Below, piece after piece: positions 1 through 8,175 of a DNA stretch of 32,000 nucleotides. Position numbers and translations under genes: made by a program. Source of the DNA: Nostoc sp. PCC 7120 = FACHB-418 (GTDB lineage: Bacteria > Cyanobacteriota > Cyanobacteriia > Cyanobacteriales > Nostocaceae); the NCBI RefSeq assembly GCF_000009705.1, contig NC_003272.1, forward strand, positions 2,310,001 through 2,342,000, written 5' to 3'. How positions within the stretch are numbered: the stretch's first letter is position 1; every line of letters begins with the position of its first letter. The notes beneath the pieces were generated by a model that did no database searches, had not been told where the DNA came from, and saw only the letters and a list, made by a program, of their open reading frames with translations.

Positions 1-426
1 ATTGGTAAATCTCAAACTCAAATTTGTGAAATATTAGGTTGTTCCCAAGAAATGGCTCGTTATTGGATTGGTTTAGCCGAGGCTGGTTTAGCACATAAAT
101 GGAATGAACGTCCCATAGGTAGACCGAAGATTGTTAATACTCAATATCTGGAAAGATTAAGAGAGTTAGTCAGCAATAGTCCTCGTGATTATGGGTATGC
201 TTTTACTCACTGGACGGCTCAATGGTTAAGCAAACATTTAGCCTCGGAATTAGGCATTGAAATTAGCGATCGCCACATTAATCGCCTGCTTAAACAAATG
301 GGACTTTCCACTAAACGCAAAGGTTCCCAACCAAAAGAAACTAATTCTCTAGAGGATGCTGCGATTACAATTGGCGACTTAAAAACCACATCTGAACCTA
401 GTCTTAATTGGTCTTTTAATTCTTAA
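1..426 (+). CDS. IS630-type transposase N-terminal helix-turn-helix fragment (5' partial at window edge, no catalytic DDE part follows)
   Basis: The frame is open from base 1 (IGKSQTQICEILGCSQE precedes the listed Met at 52). It shows an HTH plus a winged-helix pattern (RPK...YGYAFTHWT...LGIEISDRHINRLLKQMGLS) typical of IS630/Tc1 OrfA. The stop at 424-426 is followed directly by octamer repeats, not by a DDE ORF. Confidence 0.5.
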   Translation: MGKSQTQICEILGCSQEMARYWIGLAEAGLAHKWNERPIGRPKIVNTQYLERLRELVSNSPRDYGYAFTHWTAQWLSKHLASELGIEISDRHINRLLKQMGLSTKRKGSQPKETNSLEDAAITIGDLKTTSEPSLNWSFNS

Positions 427-429
427 TTA

Positions 430-501
430 GGGGTACAGGGGTATAGGGGTATAGGGGTACAGGGGTACAGGGATACAGGGGTATAGGGGTATAGAGGTAC
501 A
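430..501 (+). repeat. Tandem octamer array (GGGGTAYA) x9, G-quadruplex-prone
   Basis: Read directly: nine contiguous 8-nt units (GGGGTACA/GGGGTATA with two degenerate units), starting 4 nt after the stop of the HTH ORF. Confidence 0.9.
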
Positions 502-512
502 AATATTTGAAA

Positions 513-547
513 CCCTTACACCCTTACACCCTTACACCCTCACACCC
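513..547 (+). repeat. Tandem octamer array (CCCTTACA) ~4 units, C-rich counterpart of the preceding G-rich array
   Basis: Read directly: cccttaca x3, ccctcaca, ccc. It is separated from the G-rich array by 11 nt and is imperfectly complementary to it. Confidence 0.85.
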
Positions 548-608
548 AGCCTCAAAAGAGTAAGTCCTATTAAATTTTGAATTCCCCCTTGGGGTTGGAG
601 GTGGGAAA

Positions 609-3600
609 ATGCCATCAGGGTTTTCCCGGCAATATTTAGCGGAACAACTCACTCATATATTGGGTGAGTCTTTGTCAGAACGGGAGTTAGAAAAGTGCAT
701 CCAAGGTTTAGAAATTATTGAACCACCAATCGCCAAACAATTTTGGCAAGCGGCGACAGCATCGGCGGGGATTTATATTGTTCTTGGGGGTAAAGTCAGG
801 CTATTAGATGACGCTCACAACTTAATTACGACCGTTTCAACTGGTGCATCCTTTGGGGAATTGACTCTGTTTCCTGATGCAGACTTTATTCCTTATGTCG
901 CTAGAGCTTCGGTGAACTTGAAATTGGGTTATCTTCCCCAGACGATTTTACAAGATTTGATGGGCGAAAATTCCAGTGTTGGCGATCGCCTGAAAAAACA
1001 CGCCGAAACTTGGGATTTGTTGGTGTTGTGTTGTCAAAACTCTTTGTTGCCGCAAAATTCCTCAGTTGAGGAGATAATCAAAGCCTTAGCTTTATTTGAG
1101 CGACATAGTTTAGATATTGGTTCCCTACCATCACAGATATTTCCAGATACCAAGCTGTGGATATTGCGTCGCGGAGAATTGGAAAATAATAACGGACGCA
1201 CATTCCAACCCGGAACCATCTCCCAATATTCAAAGCAAATCAATTGGCAAGTCACACAATCAGCTATTGTGTATATTCTCAAGCAGGAGAATTGGCAAGT
1301 AGCACAGGAGTATTGGCCGGAGTTGGGGACTGGAGATTGGGGACTGGGGACTGGGGAAAACGCTTCTCAGTCGCCTTTACCTAGTCTTCGTTCTCCGGTT
1401 GTGAGGGAGCCGGAACCGCAGCCACAGCCAAAACAACGCCGAGCTTATTTCCCTAGTCCTCGTCTTCAGGTTGGTCATTGGTGGGGACGACTGATTAAGC
1501 GCTATCCCATATTTGAGCAACAAAGTGCGGCTGATTGTGGTGCGGCTTGTTTGGTGATGATTAGTCGCTATTGGGGTAAGCGTTTGAGTGTGAACCGACT
1601 GCGGGATTTAACTAACGTCAATCGCAGTGGTGCATCGTTGAAGGGTTTAACCGCCGCCGCCGAAACCATTGGTTTTACTACTCGTCCGGTAAAAGCTAGC
1701 TTTGATAAATTAGCACAACAACCCTTACCAGCGATCGCCCATTGGGAGGGTAAACACTATATTGTAGTTTATGAGATTAACAAAAAACAGGTAATTGTCG
1801 GTGATCCGGCGATCGGTCAACGTAACTTGAGTATTGCTGAATTTAAAGCGGGTTGGACTGGTTACGCCTTGTTGTTGCAACCGACAACCGAGCTGAAAGA
1901 AAACGAAGAAGCAAATACATCATTTTGGCAATTATTTGAGTTAGTCAAACCCCACACACGGGTATTAGTAGAGGTATTCAGCGCTTCGGTATTGATTCAG
2001 GTGTTTGGATTAATTACACCCCTATTTACCCAATTATTGTTAGATAGGGTGATTGTTCAAGGAAGCACCTTAACATTAAATGCAGTCGGTTTGGGGTTGA
2101 TGATATTTGGCTTATTTCGTGTGGTATTGAACGGACTACGGCAATATTTGTTAGACCACACAGCCAACCGTATCAGCATCTCGCTATTGGTAGGTTTTAT
2201 TAAACATACCTTCCGTTTACCCTTGTCGTTTTTTGAGTCGCGTTACGTCGGGGATATTGTTTCTCGCGTCCAAGAAAACCAAAAGATTCAACGCTTTTTA
2301 ACTGGGGAAGCATTGTCAATCATTTTAGATTTGTTGACAGTGTTTATCTATGTAGCTTTGATGTTTTGGTATAGTTCAGCAATGGCATTGATGAGTTTAG
2401 CGATTGTACCGCCTTTTATGTTATTGGCAATCATCGCTACACCCTTTTTACGCCGCATTAGTCGAGAGGTTTTTAGTGCTACAGCCAACGAAAATAGTTA
2501 TCTGATTCAATCCCTTTCTGGTATTCGCTCAATTCGCTCAATGGCAATCGAACAAACAGTACGTTGGCATTGGGAAGAACTGCTGAATAATGTCATCAGA
2601 AAAACCTTCAGTGGACAGATAATTAGTAACAAATTACAAATTTTTAGTTCTGCCTTAGAAACTCTGGTAACTACCAGCCTACTTTGGTTTGGGGCATGGT
2701 TGGTGATTCAAAACCAACTGACTATCGGGCAATTAGTCGCCTTTAATATGTTGTTAGGTAATATTATCCGTCCATTTCAAAGGCTGGTAGTTTTGTGGAA
2801 TCAATTACAAGAAGTGGTGATTTCTACAGAACGAATTAATGATGTTTTAGAGGCAGAACCAGAGGAAGATTTACAACACCAACATCGGCAATTTATCAGT
2901 AATTTACTTGGTCATATCCGCTTTGACAATGTAACATTTCGTTACCATCCAGAAAGCGATCGCAATATTTTAGAAAACCTCAGCTTTGAAATCAAGCCAG
3001 AGCAAACCGTGGCTGTAGTAGGGCGCAGTGGTTCCGGCAAAACCACTTTATTTAAACTGATTTTGGGTCTATACCCTCCGACAGATGGAAAAGTTCTCAT
3101 TGATGGCAAAGATGTAACTAATATAGCCCTGCGATCGCTCCGTTCACAAATCGGCGTTGTAGACCAAGATACATTTTTATTTGGCGGCACAATCCGCGAA
3201 AATATCAGCATTGCTCACCCAGAGGCTTCCTTAGAAGAAATTATTGCTGTCGCCCGTTTAGCAGGTGCGGACGACTTTATCAAACAAATGCCAGCAGGTT
3301 ATGAAACCCAAATTGGTGAAGGTGGGGGGATGTTGTCTGGCGGACAAAGACAACGTTTAGCGATCGCCCGTGCTTTGTTAGGAAACCCCCGCCTATTGTT
3401 GTTAGATGAAGCCACAAGCCATCTCGATTCCGAATCGGAACGCATTATTCAAAACAACCTCAAAACCATCCTCAAAGGGCGCACAAGTGTCATTATTGCT
3501 CACCGCCTTTCCACCGTGCGCCACGCAGACTTAATTCTGGTATTAGATCGCGGCTTATTAGTCGAAAGCGGTAATCACGATCAATTAATTGCCAGAAGAG

Positions 3601-3644
3601 GGCATTACTTTTACCTCAATCAACAGCAGTTGAGTAGTGAGTAA
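609..3644 (+). CDS. Peptidase-containing ABC transporter (PCAT): N-terminal cyclic-nucleotide-binding-like domain + C39 double-glycine peptidase + ABC exporter
   Basis: cNMP-like block GGKVRLL...GASFGELTLF. C39 catalytic Cys in QQSAADCGAACL, with later His (AIAHWEGKHYIVVYE) and Asp (VGDP). TM exporter core. Walker A GRSGSGKTT, signature LSGGQRQRLAIARAL, Walker B LLLLDEATS, H-loop IIAHRLS. GGAGG lies 7 nt upstream of the ATG. Confidence 0.92.
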   Translation: MPSGFSRQYLAEQLTHILGESLSERELEKCIQGLEIIEPPIAKQFWQAATASAGIYIVLGGKVRLLDDAHNLITTVSTGASFGELTLFPDADFIPYVARASVNLKLGYLPQTILQDLMGENSSVGDRLKKHAETWDLLVLCCQNSLLPQNSSVEEIIKALALFERHSLDIGSLPSQIFPDTKLWILRRGELENNNGRTFQPGTISQYSKQINWQVTQSAIVYILKQENWQVAQEYWPELGTGDWGLGTGENASQSPLPSLRSPVVREPEPQPQPKQRRAYFPSPRLQVGHWWGRLIKRYPIFEQQSAADCGAACLVMISRYWGKRLSVNRLRDLTNVNRSGASLKGLTAAAETIGFTTRPVKASFDKLAQQPLPAIAHWEGKHYIVVYEINKKQVIVGDPAIGQRNLSIAEFKAGWTGYALLLQPTTELKENEEANTSFWQLFELVKPHTRVLVEVFSASVLIQVFGLITPLFTQLLLDRVIVQGSTLTLNAVGLGLMIFGLFRVVLNGLRQYLLDHTANRISISLLVGFIKHTFRLPLSFFESRYVGDIVSRVQENQKIQRFLTGEALSIILDLLTVFIYVALMFWYSSAMALMSLAIVPPFMLLAIIATPFLRRISREVFSATANENSYLIQSLSGIRSIRSMAIEQTVRWHWEELLNNVIRKTFSGQIISNKLQIFSSALETLVTTSLLWFGAWLVIQNQLTIGQLVAFNMLLGNIIRPFQRLVVLWNQLQEVVISTERINDVLEAEPEEDLQHQHRQFISNLLGHIRFDNVTFRYHPESDRNILENLSFEIKPEQTVAVVGRSGSGKTTLFKLILGLYPPTDGKVLIDGKDVTNIALRSLRSQIGVVDQDTFLFGGTIRENISIAHPEASLEEIIAVARLAGADDFIKQMPAGYETQIGEGGGMLSGGQRQRLAIARALLGNPRLLLLDEATSHLDSESERIIQNNLKTILKGRTSVIIAHRLSTVRHADLILVLDRGLLVESGNHDQLIARRGHYFYLNQQQLSSE
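1324..1358 (+). repeat. Heptamer STRR (TGGGGAC-type, 5 units) embedded inside the exporter CDS
   Basis: tggggac tggagat tggggac tggggac tggggaa is read in frame as LGTGDWGLGTGE, in the linker between the cNMP-like and C39 domains. Confidence 0.85.
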
Positions 3645-3653
3645 TGAGGTAAG

Positions 3654-3684
3654 AGTCAACAGTCAACAGTCAACCATCAACAGT
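3654..3684 (+). repeat. Heptamer STRR (AGTCAAC family, ~4 units) in the exporter-HlyD intergenic spacer
   Basis: agtcaac agtcaac agtcaac catcaac was read directly. The same family recurs in reverse complement at 16618-16652 and as agtcaat at 29761-29781. Confidence 0.85.
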
Positions 3685-3734
3685 TCTCTTTCCGCCTACT
3701 TTTCCATATCCCACCACATCCCGTCAAATAATTT

Positions 3735-5273
3735 ATGCCAAACCCATCTGTTAATTCATCATCTGTACTTGTGCAACCACAGACGGCTCAGGTGCAACGT
3801 GGTCATGATTTAGTTGATTATCAGACACAGGCACTGACGCAGACAAATGATTGGTTTTACGGCACAGAAGAACTACTAGATGCGTTACCGCAGCGCTGGA
3901 CGCGCTCGATGCTGTATTTGCTCATCAGCTTTACCATCATTGTTTTGCCTTGGGCAATGTTTACTAAGGTTGATGAAACGGGAAGTGCTAGAGGGCGTTT
4001 GGAACCCCAAGGCGCAACTCAAAAATTAGGTGTTGCTGTTACTAGTAGTGTCAAGGCTGTCAATGTGGCAGAAGGGGCGACTGTCAAGGCGGGACAAGTG
4101 CTATTGGAATTAGAGTCTGATGTGTTGCAATCCCAGGTGGAACAAGCACAGACAAGGTTAGAAGAACTCATCAATCGCCAAGGACAGCAAGAGCTACTAA
4201 AAAACCAATTGATGTTAACAATTAACATCCAACAGCAGCAAAACCAAGCCCAAGAATTAGAGAAAATGGCGCAAGTGCATCAGGCGCAGCAAAACCTGGA
4301 TGCTAGGCAGAGTACATATAATTTACAGAAGTTAGAAAAATTAGCGCTAGTTGAACAGGCTAGACAGGATATCAATACTAGTCAACTAGGAAGAAAATTA
4401 GCCAATAGCCGTTTGCAAAGAGATATTAAAGAAGTTTTACGTTATCGCCGACTTTTGAGACAAGGTGCGATCGCTCAAATTAAAGTAGTAGAACTAGAAA
4501 AGATAGCGGAAGACAGTCAACGTTCCCTATTGCAAGCCAACTCTGATTTTACTCAAGCCCAGCTACGCTTACAAGAAAAAGAAAGCCATTATCAAACCAC
4601 CGTCAGCCAAACCTTAGCTGACATTGAACAAGCAAAACTCCGCCTCCAAGAACAGCAAAGCAGCTATCAAAGTCTTGTGCAGACAGGTAAGTTAGCACTG
4701 TTAAGGAGTCAGGAACAACTCAAAGACTTACAAAACCAACTAACTACCCTACAATCAGAAATCATCCAAACCAAGAGCCAGATTAACGCCTTCAAGATTC
4801 AGATTCAGCAACGAGTAGTGCGATCGCCTGTTGATGGTACGATTTTTGATCTACCAATCGATAAACCAGGCCCTGTAGTCGAAGCTGGACAGATAGTTGC
4901 TCAAATTGCGCCTAAGAATGCGGCAATCATTCTCAGAAGTTCCATGCCTAGTCAACACAGTGGTTTCTTGAGAGTGGGAATGCCAGTAAAAATTAAATTT
5001 GATGCCTATCCTTTCCAAGATTATGGAGTATTACCAGGACGTGTTAGCTGGATTTCTCCTGACTCGAAAATTCAAACTACTAGCCAAGGCAACGTAGAAG
5101 TTTATGAAATGGATATTACTTTAGATCATCCCTATATTCAAGCTGGGAATAAACGTATTACCTTAACCCCTGGACAATCAGCCACCGCCGAAGTTATTAT
5201 CCGCCAGCGTCGAGTCATTGACTTTATTTTAGACCCCTTCAAAAAGCTGCAAAAAGGTGGTTTAGAGCTTTAG
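3735..5273 (+). CDS. HlyD-family membrane fusion / secretion adaptor protein
   Basis: N-terminal membrane anchor (MLYLLISFTIIVLPWAMF), a long Gln-rich coiled coil, and a C-terminal barrel pattern (VRSPVDGTI...GMPVKIKFDAYPF...GRVSWISPD). It lies 90 nt downstream of the ABC exporter on the same strand. Confidence 0.88.
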   Translation: MPNPSVNSSSVLVQPQTAQVQRGHDLVDYQTQALTQTNDWFYGTEELLDALPQRWTRSMLYLLISFTIIVLPWAMFTKVDETGSARGRLEPQGATQKLGVAVTSSVKAVNVAEGATVKAGQVLLELESDVLQSQVEQAQTRLEELINRQGQQELLKNQLMLTINIQQQQNQAQELEKMAQVHQAQQNLDARQSTYNLQKLEKLALVEQARQDINTSQLGRKLANSRLQRDIKEVLRYRRLLRQGAIAQIKVVELEKIAEDSQRSLLQANSDFTQAQLRLQEKESHYQTTVSQTLADIEQAKLRLQEQQSSYQSLVQTGKLALLRSQEQLKDLQNQLTTLQSEIIQTKSQINAFKIQIQQRVVRSPVDGTIFDLPIDKPGPVVEAGQIVAQIAPKNAAIILRSSMPSQHSGFLRVGMPVKIKFDAYPFQDYGVLPGRVSWISPDSKIQTTSQGNVEVYEMDITLDHPYIQAGNKRITLTPGQSATAEVIIRQRRVIDFILDPFKKLQKGGLEL

Positions 5274-5532
5274 GAAACAAGGCAAAGACCGTGGCATATT
5301 AGTAGTGGACTGTCTAAACTAAAATAGTGCATTAAATTGAAAAAATTAAACACAGATGTAGCTTGCTTCCCGCAGGGTACGGGGATGAAAGCGGATAAAA
5401 AAGATGTTTTAATGCAACATTTAAGGCTTGACACGCCACTACAATAATTTTATTTTTGCTTTATAAATAACATCTAAGCATCAAATAATTAAAACTACCA
5501 TTAGATAGAGACTATAAATAATTAATGAGGCG

Positions 5533-6381
5533 ATGATAATAAAAGAATGCCTGATTGCCTCGAAAACTAATTATTTTAAGCTAATAGGTGGAGCAAATAT
5601 CAATATGGAAAAGTTTTTAAAACTCTCTGTTGAGGACATTATCACTCATCTTAAAGTCTCTTTTCAAATGCCTAGTATACTAGAAGCAATCGCTACCCAG
5701 AAAATCATTGCTGATACTGCTGAAAAAGTAGGTATTGAATTAAGTGTAGAAGAACTACAACAATCTGCCGATAGTATGCGTTTTGCTAACCGCTTGCTAA
5801 AGGCAGATGATACTTGGAATTGGCTACAAAAACACTATCTAACTATCGATGATTTTGAGGAAGTAGCCAAATCAAACTTATTACATATGAAATTGGCTGA
5901 ACATTTATTTGCTGACAAAGTTGAACCTTTTTTTTATGCTCATAAAATTGATTACACTGGAGCTGCAACCTATGAAGTAATTCTAGATGATGAAGACTTA
6001 GCCTTAGAGTTATTTTATGCTTTGCAAGAAGGTGAAATTAGTTTCCAAGAAATCGCTCGTCAATATATTCAAAGTCCCGAAACTCGCCGGGCTGGAGGTT
6101 ATCAAGGGATTCGCTATCGCTCGGAGTTTCGCCCAGAAATAGCCGCAGCCGTCTTTGCTGCTACACCTCCCCAGCTTCTCAAACCAATAATTACACCCAA
6201 AGGTGTGCATATAATTGCAGTGGAGGAAATCATTACACCAGAATTAGATGAATCACGCCGGGTTCAAATACTTAAAGATTTCTTTACCCATTGGTTACAA
6301 CAACAAATCACTAATTTAGAAATTGTCGCTGAACTTTCTCAAAATGATAATTCTTCTTCCGAATTGCCTAGACCAGCCTAA
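5533..6381 (+). CDS. Parvulin (PpiC)-type peptidyl-prolyl isomerase with SurA-like N-terminal domain, no signal peptide
   Basis: C-terminal block GGYQGIRYRSEFRPEIAAAVFAATPPQLLKPIITPKGVHIIAVEE resembles a rotamase (PpiC) domain. The start is uncertain: ATG 5605 (MEKFLKLSVEDI) has GGTGGAG 11 nt upstream, whereas ATG 5533 has GAGG only 2 nt upstream. Confidence 0.7.
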   Translation: MIIKECLIASKTNYFKLIGGANINMEKFLKLSVEDIITHLKVSFQMPSILEAIATQKIIADTAEKVGIELSVEELQQSADSMRFANRLLKADDTWNWLQKHYLTIDDFEEVAKSNLLHMKLAEHLFADKVEPFFYAHKIDYTGAATYEVILDDEDLALELFYALQEGEISFQEIARQYIQSPETRRAGGYQGIRYRSEFRPEIAAAVFAATPPQLLKPIITPKGVHIIAVEEIITPELDESRRVQILKDFFTHWLQQQITNLEIVAELSQNDNSSSELPRPA

Positions 6382-6438
6382 TGTTGATGTACTATTTTGG
6401 TAATGAGTAATGGGTAATTGCCTTTTTGATTATGCTTT

Positions 6439-6457
6439 GGGTGGGCAATGCCCACCC
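6439..6457 (+). terminator. GC-rich hairpin GGGTGGGCA-A-TGCCCACCC downstream of the PPIase gene (terminator-like / dispersed Nostoc repeat)
   Basis: A perfect 9-nt inverted repeat 58 nt after the stop at 6381. There is no clear T-tract afterwards, so terminator function is uncertain. Confidence 0.35.
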
Positions 6458-6535
6458 TACAGTTAATTAAATATGTATGATAATAAAGTTGGATTTCCCT
6501 ATAAGACTTTGGGGATAATATTACTTAAATATACT

Positions 6536-6817
6536 TTAATCTAATTCCATCATCTTTATTTTAATAGCTACAAATTTTGCACCTATATGCTGAAGTTTAC
6601 GAGTTTTAATTGTATCTGGCATACTATTATTTTTGAGTAGGCGAATATATGTACGATATGGTATATATGTAAGAGGATTATATCCAGCAGTATGGAGCAT
6701 TAAAACACAAGCCCAAGAATACTTACCGACAGATATAGCTTGGAGAATAGCCTCCCATTCTTCAGTGAGAATTGTACAGTTACAAAGTTGATGATGCTGG
6801 AAAGATTCTTGAGTCAT
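6536..6817 (-). CDS. HetP-family (heterocyst commitment) protein homolog
   Basis: The central block [36 protein letters not shown] matches the conserved core I recall from Anabaena HetP and its short paralogs. At 93 aa, the size fits the HetP-like paralogs. Confidence 0.7.
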
Positions 6818-6966
6818 CAGCCTAAATTATAAACGTGAATTTAAATGTTGAGAAAAAGCCCTTTTGCCCGCCGGAATAGCTCCCAATAACTGTGAGGTTA
6901 TCAACAGTCAAACTTTACACAGATATCAATACATCTTTAACTTTCATCGTTTAGATGAAGTTTTAA

Positions 6967-8049
6967 CTACAAAGGTGTATAGATATCTTCAGAATAAGCA
7001 TTGAGGTAGGGACGCTGCAATTCGATGTTGAGTGAAGAGAAGTGTTGTAAAATTGCAGTCATTCTACCTGCTGGCGTATCATTACCTTGTTGCCAAGCTT
7101 CCAGCAAACCATTAGCAATTATTTGACAACGGTGTGTACCAAAGCTTTCCTGTTCGGCAAATCTATGGTTTGGTTCTTCGGCGATCGCTAACCCTGGTGC
7201 GATAAGCTTAGTAAATAGGGGTACTTGTGCCTGAAAATGCGTTTGATTTTCTGCATATATCGTCTTCAGAACAGGGTAAACCTTTTCATAGTCATTTTTA
7301 TCAAAATACAGTACTGCCGAGTCATGGCGAACATAATCAGAGGGGTTGTATAGTGCTTTAAATGTGAAAGCAATCGGTATAGCGTTGAGGTGTGTAGTCA
7401 AAGCATCCATGACTGCAACTGCACCATCTGGAGTTAAGTTGAAATAAACACGTACCAAAGTTTGATATTGTTGCGCTGCACCTGCATTAGCCACCGCCAT
7501 ATAAAATCCGTTTTGGACGAGATTTTTTGGCAATTGGATAGCAGCAGAGTTACCCATCATCTGAGTTCGCAAACCATCCGGCGGAACGTGGAGAGTTAAA
7601 CCATCCCGATGGACTGCCAAAGTCCCATCTGATTCTTCCCTGAGAACTTGCCAACCATAACTCCAGTAGCCAGTACCTTTATTATGTTCATGCAGGCGAT
7701 CGTAAAAAGCTAGGTCTACACCTAAAAATGTGTTGTTTTCTAGATTTTTATTGACGGCTAAATTAGATATCTCTGCATCAGAGGCCAGAACACTTTTCAA
7801 CGAGCCATTGTAATAGATGCCGTAGAGAAAACTACGCAGTTGCTGACTCAAATACTTATTCTGTAAATCCAAAGATAATTTTTGAAACCGAGAGACTGAA
7901 GACTCAGGTAATTCTAAGGGTTTATAGTTGGGATGCTTAATACAATACTGAGACTGTATTTCGATATTATGAATCATGTCTTGCAATGATATCTGCAATA
8001 ACTCTGGAATATCTGACAATTGTACAGATAGAGAATCTAATATTTGCAT
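6967..8049 (-). CDS. HopA1-like protein (candidate phospho-Ser/Thr lyase partner of the adjacent kinase)
   Basis: A 360-aa soluble protein immediately downstream of the APH-type kinase. The C-terminal pattern VRVYFNL...FTFKALYNPSDYVRHDSAVLYFDKNDY fits my recollection of the T3SS-effector HopA1 family. The assignment is recall- and context-based and was not HMM-verified. Confidence 0.5.
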   Translation of the reverse strand: MQILDSLSVQLSDIPELLQISLQDMIHNIEIQSQYCIKHPNYKPLELPESSVSRFQKLSLDLQNKYLSQQLRSFLYGIYYNGSLKSVLASDAEISNLAVNKNLENNTFLGVDLAFYDRLHEHNKGTGYWSYGWQVLREESDGTLAVHRDGLTLHVPPDGLRTQMMGNSAAIQLPKNLVQNGFYMAVANAGAAQQYQTLVRVYFNLTPDGAVAVMDALTTHLNAIPIAFTFKALYNPSDYVRHDSAVLYFDKNDYEKVYPVLKTIYAENQTHFQAQVPLFTKLIAPGLAIAEEPNHRFAEQESFGTHRCQIIANGLLEAWQQGNDTPAGRMTAILQHFSSLNIELQRPYLNAYSEDIYTPL

Positions 8050-8078
8050 AGAGGTTTGTTAGTAAATGATATGAGTAG

Positions 8079-8119
8079 GATATGAAGGGATGAGGAAGAT
8101 GAAGGAGATGAGGCGGATG
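8079..8119. repeat. Nonamer tandem repeat (GATGARGNN, ~4.5 units) in the kinase-HopA1 spacer
   Basis: gatatgaag g gatgaggaa gatgaagga gatgaggcg gatg was read directly between the kinase stop (8176) and the HopA1-like start (8049). Confidence 0.7.
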
Positions 8120-8175
8120 TCACTTTAGCTTTCCCATCTCCCTCTACCGCCCACTCCCCACGCCTGATTCCCTAA

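Noticed and set aside
1034-4228. Small ORFs 1034-1282(-), 1117-1302(+), 2942-3211(-), 4019-4228(-)
   Set aside because: All lie entirely inside the well-supported exporter and HlyD genes in other frames or on the other strand, and none has motifs or an RBS.
6818-6966. HetR-binding inverted repeat (GAGGGG-N-CCCCTC type, as upstream of hetP in Anabaena) upstream of the HetP-like gene
   Set aside because: I scanned the 149-nt spacer by eye and found no such inverted repeat, so no claim of HetR control is made.
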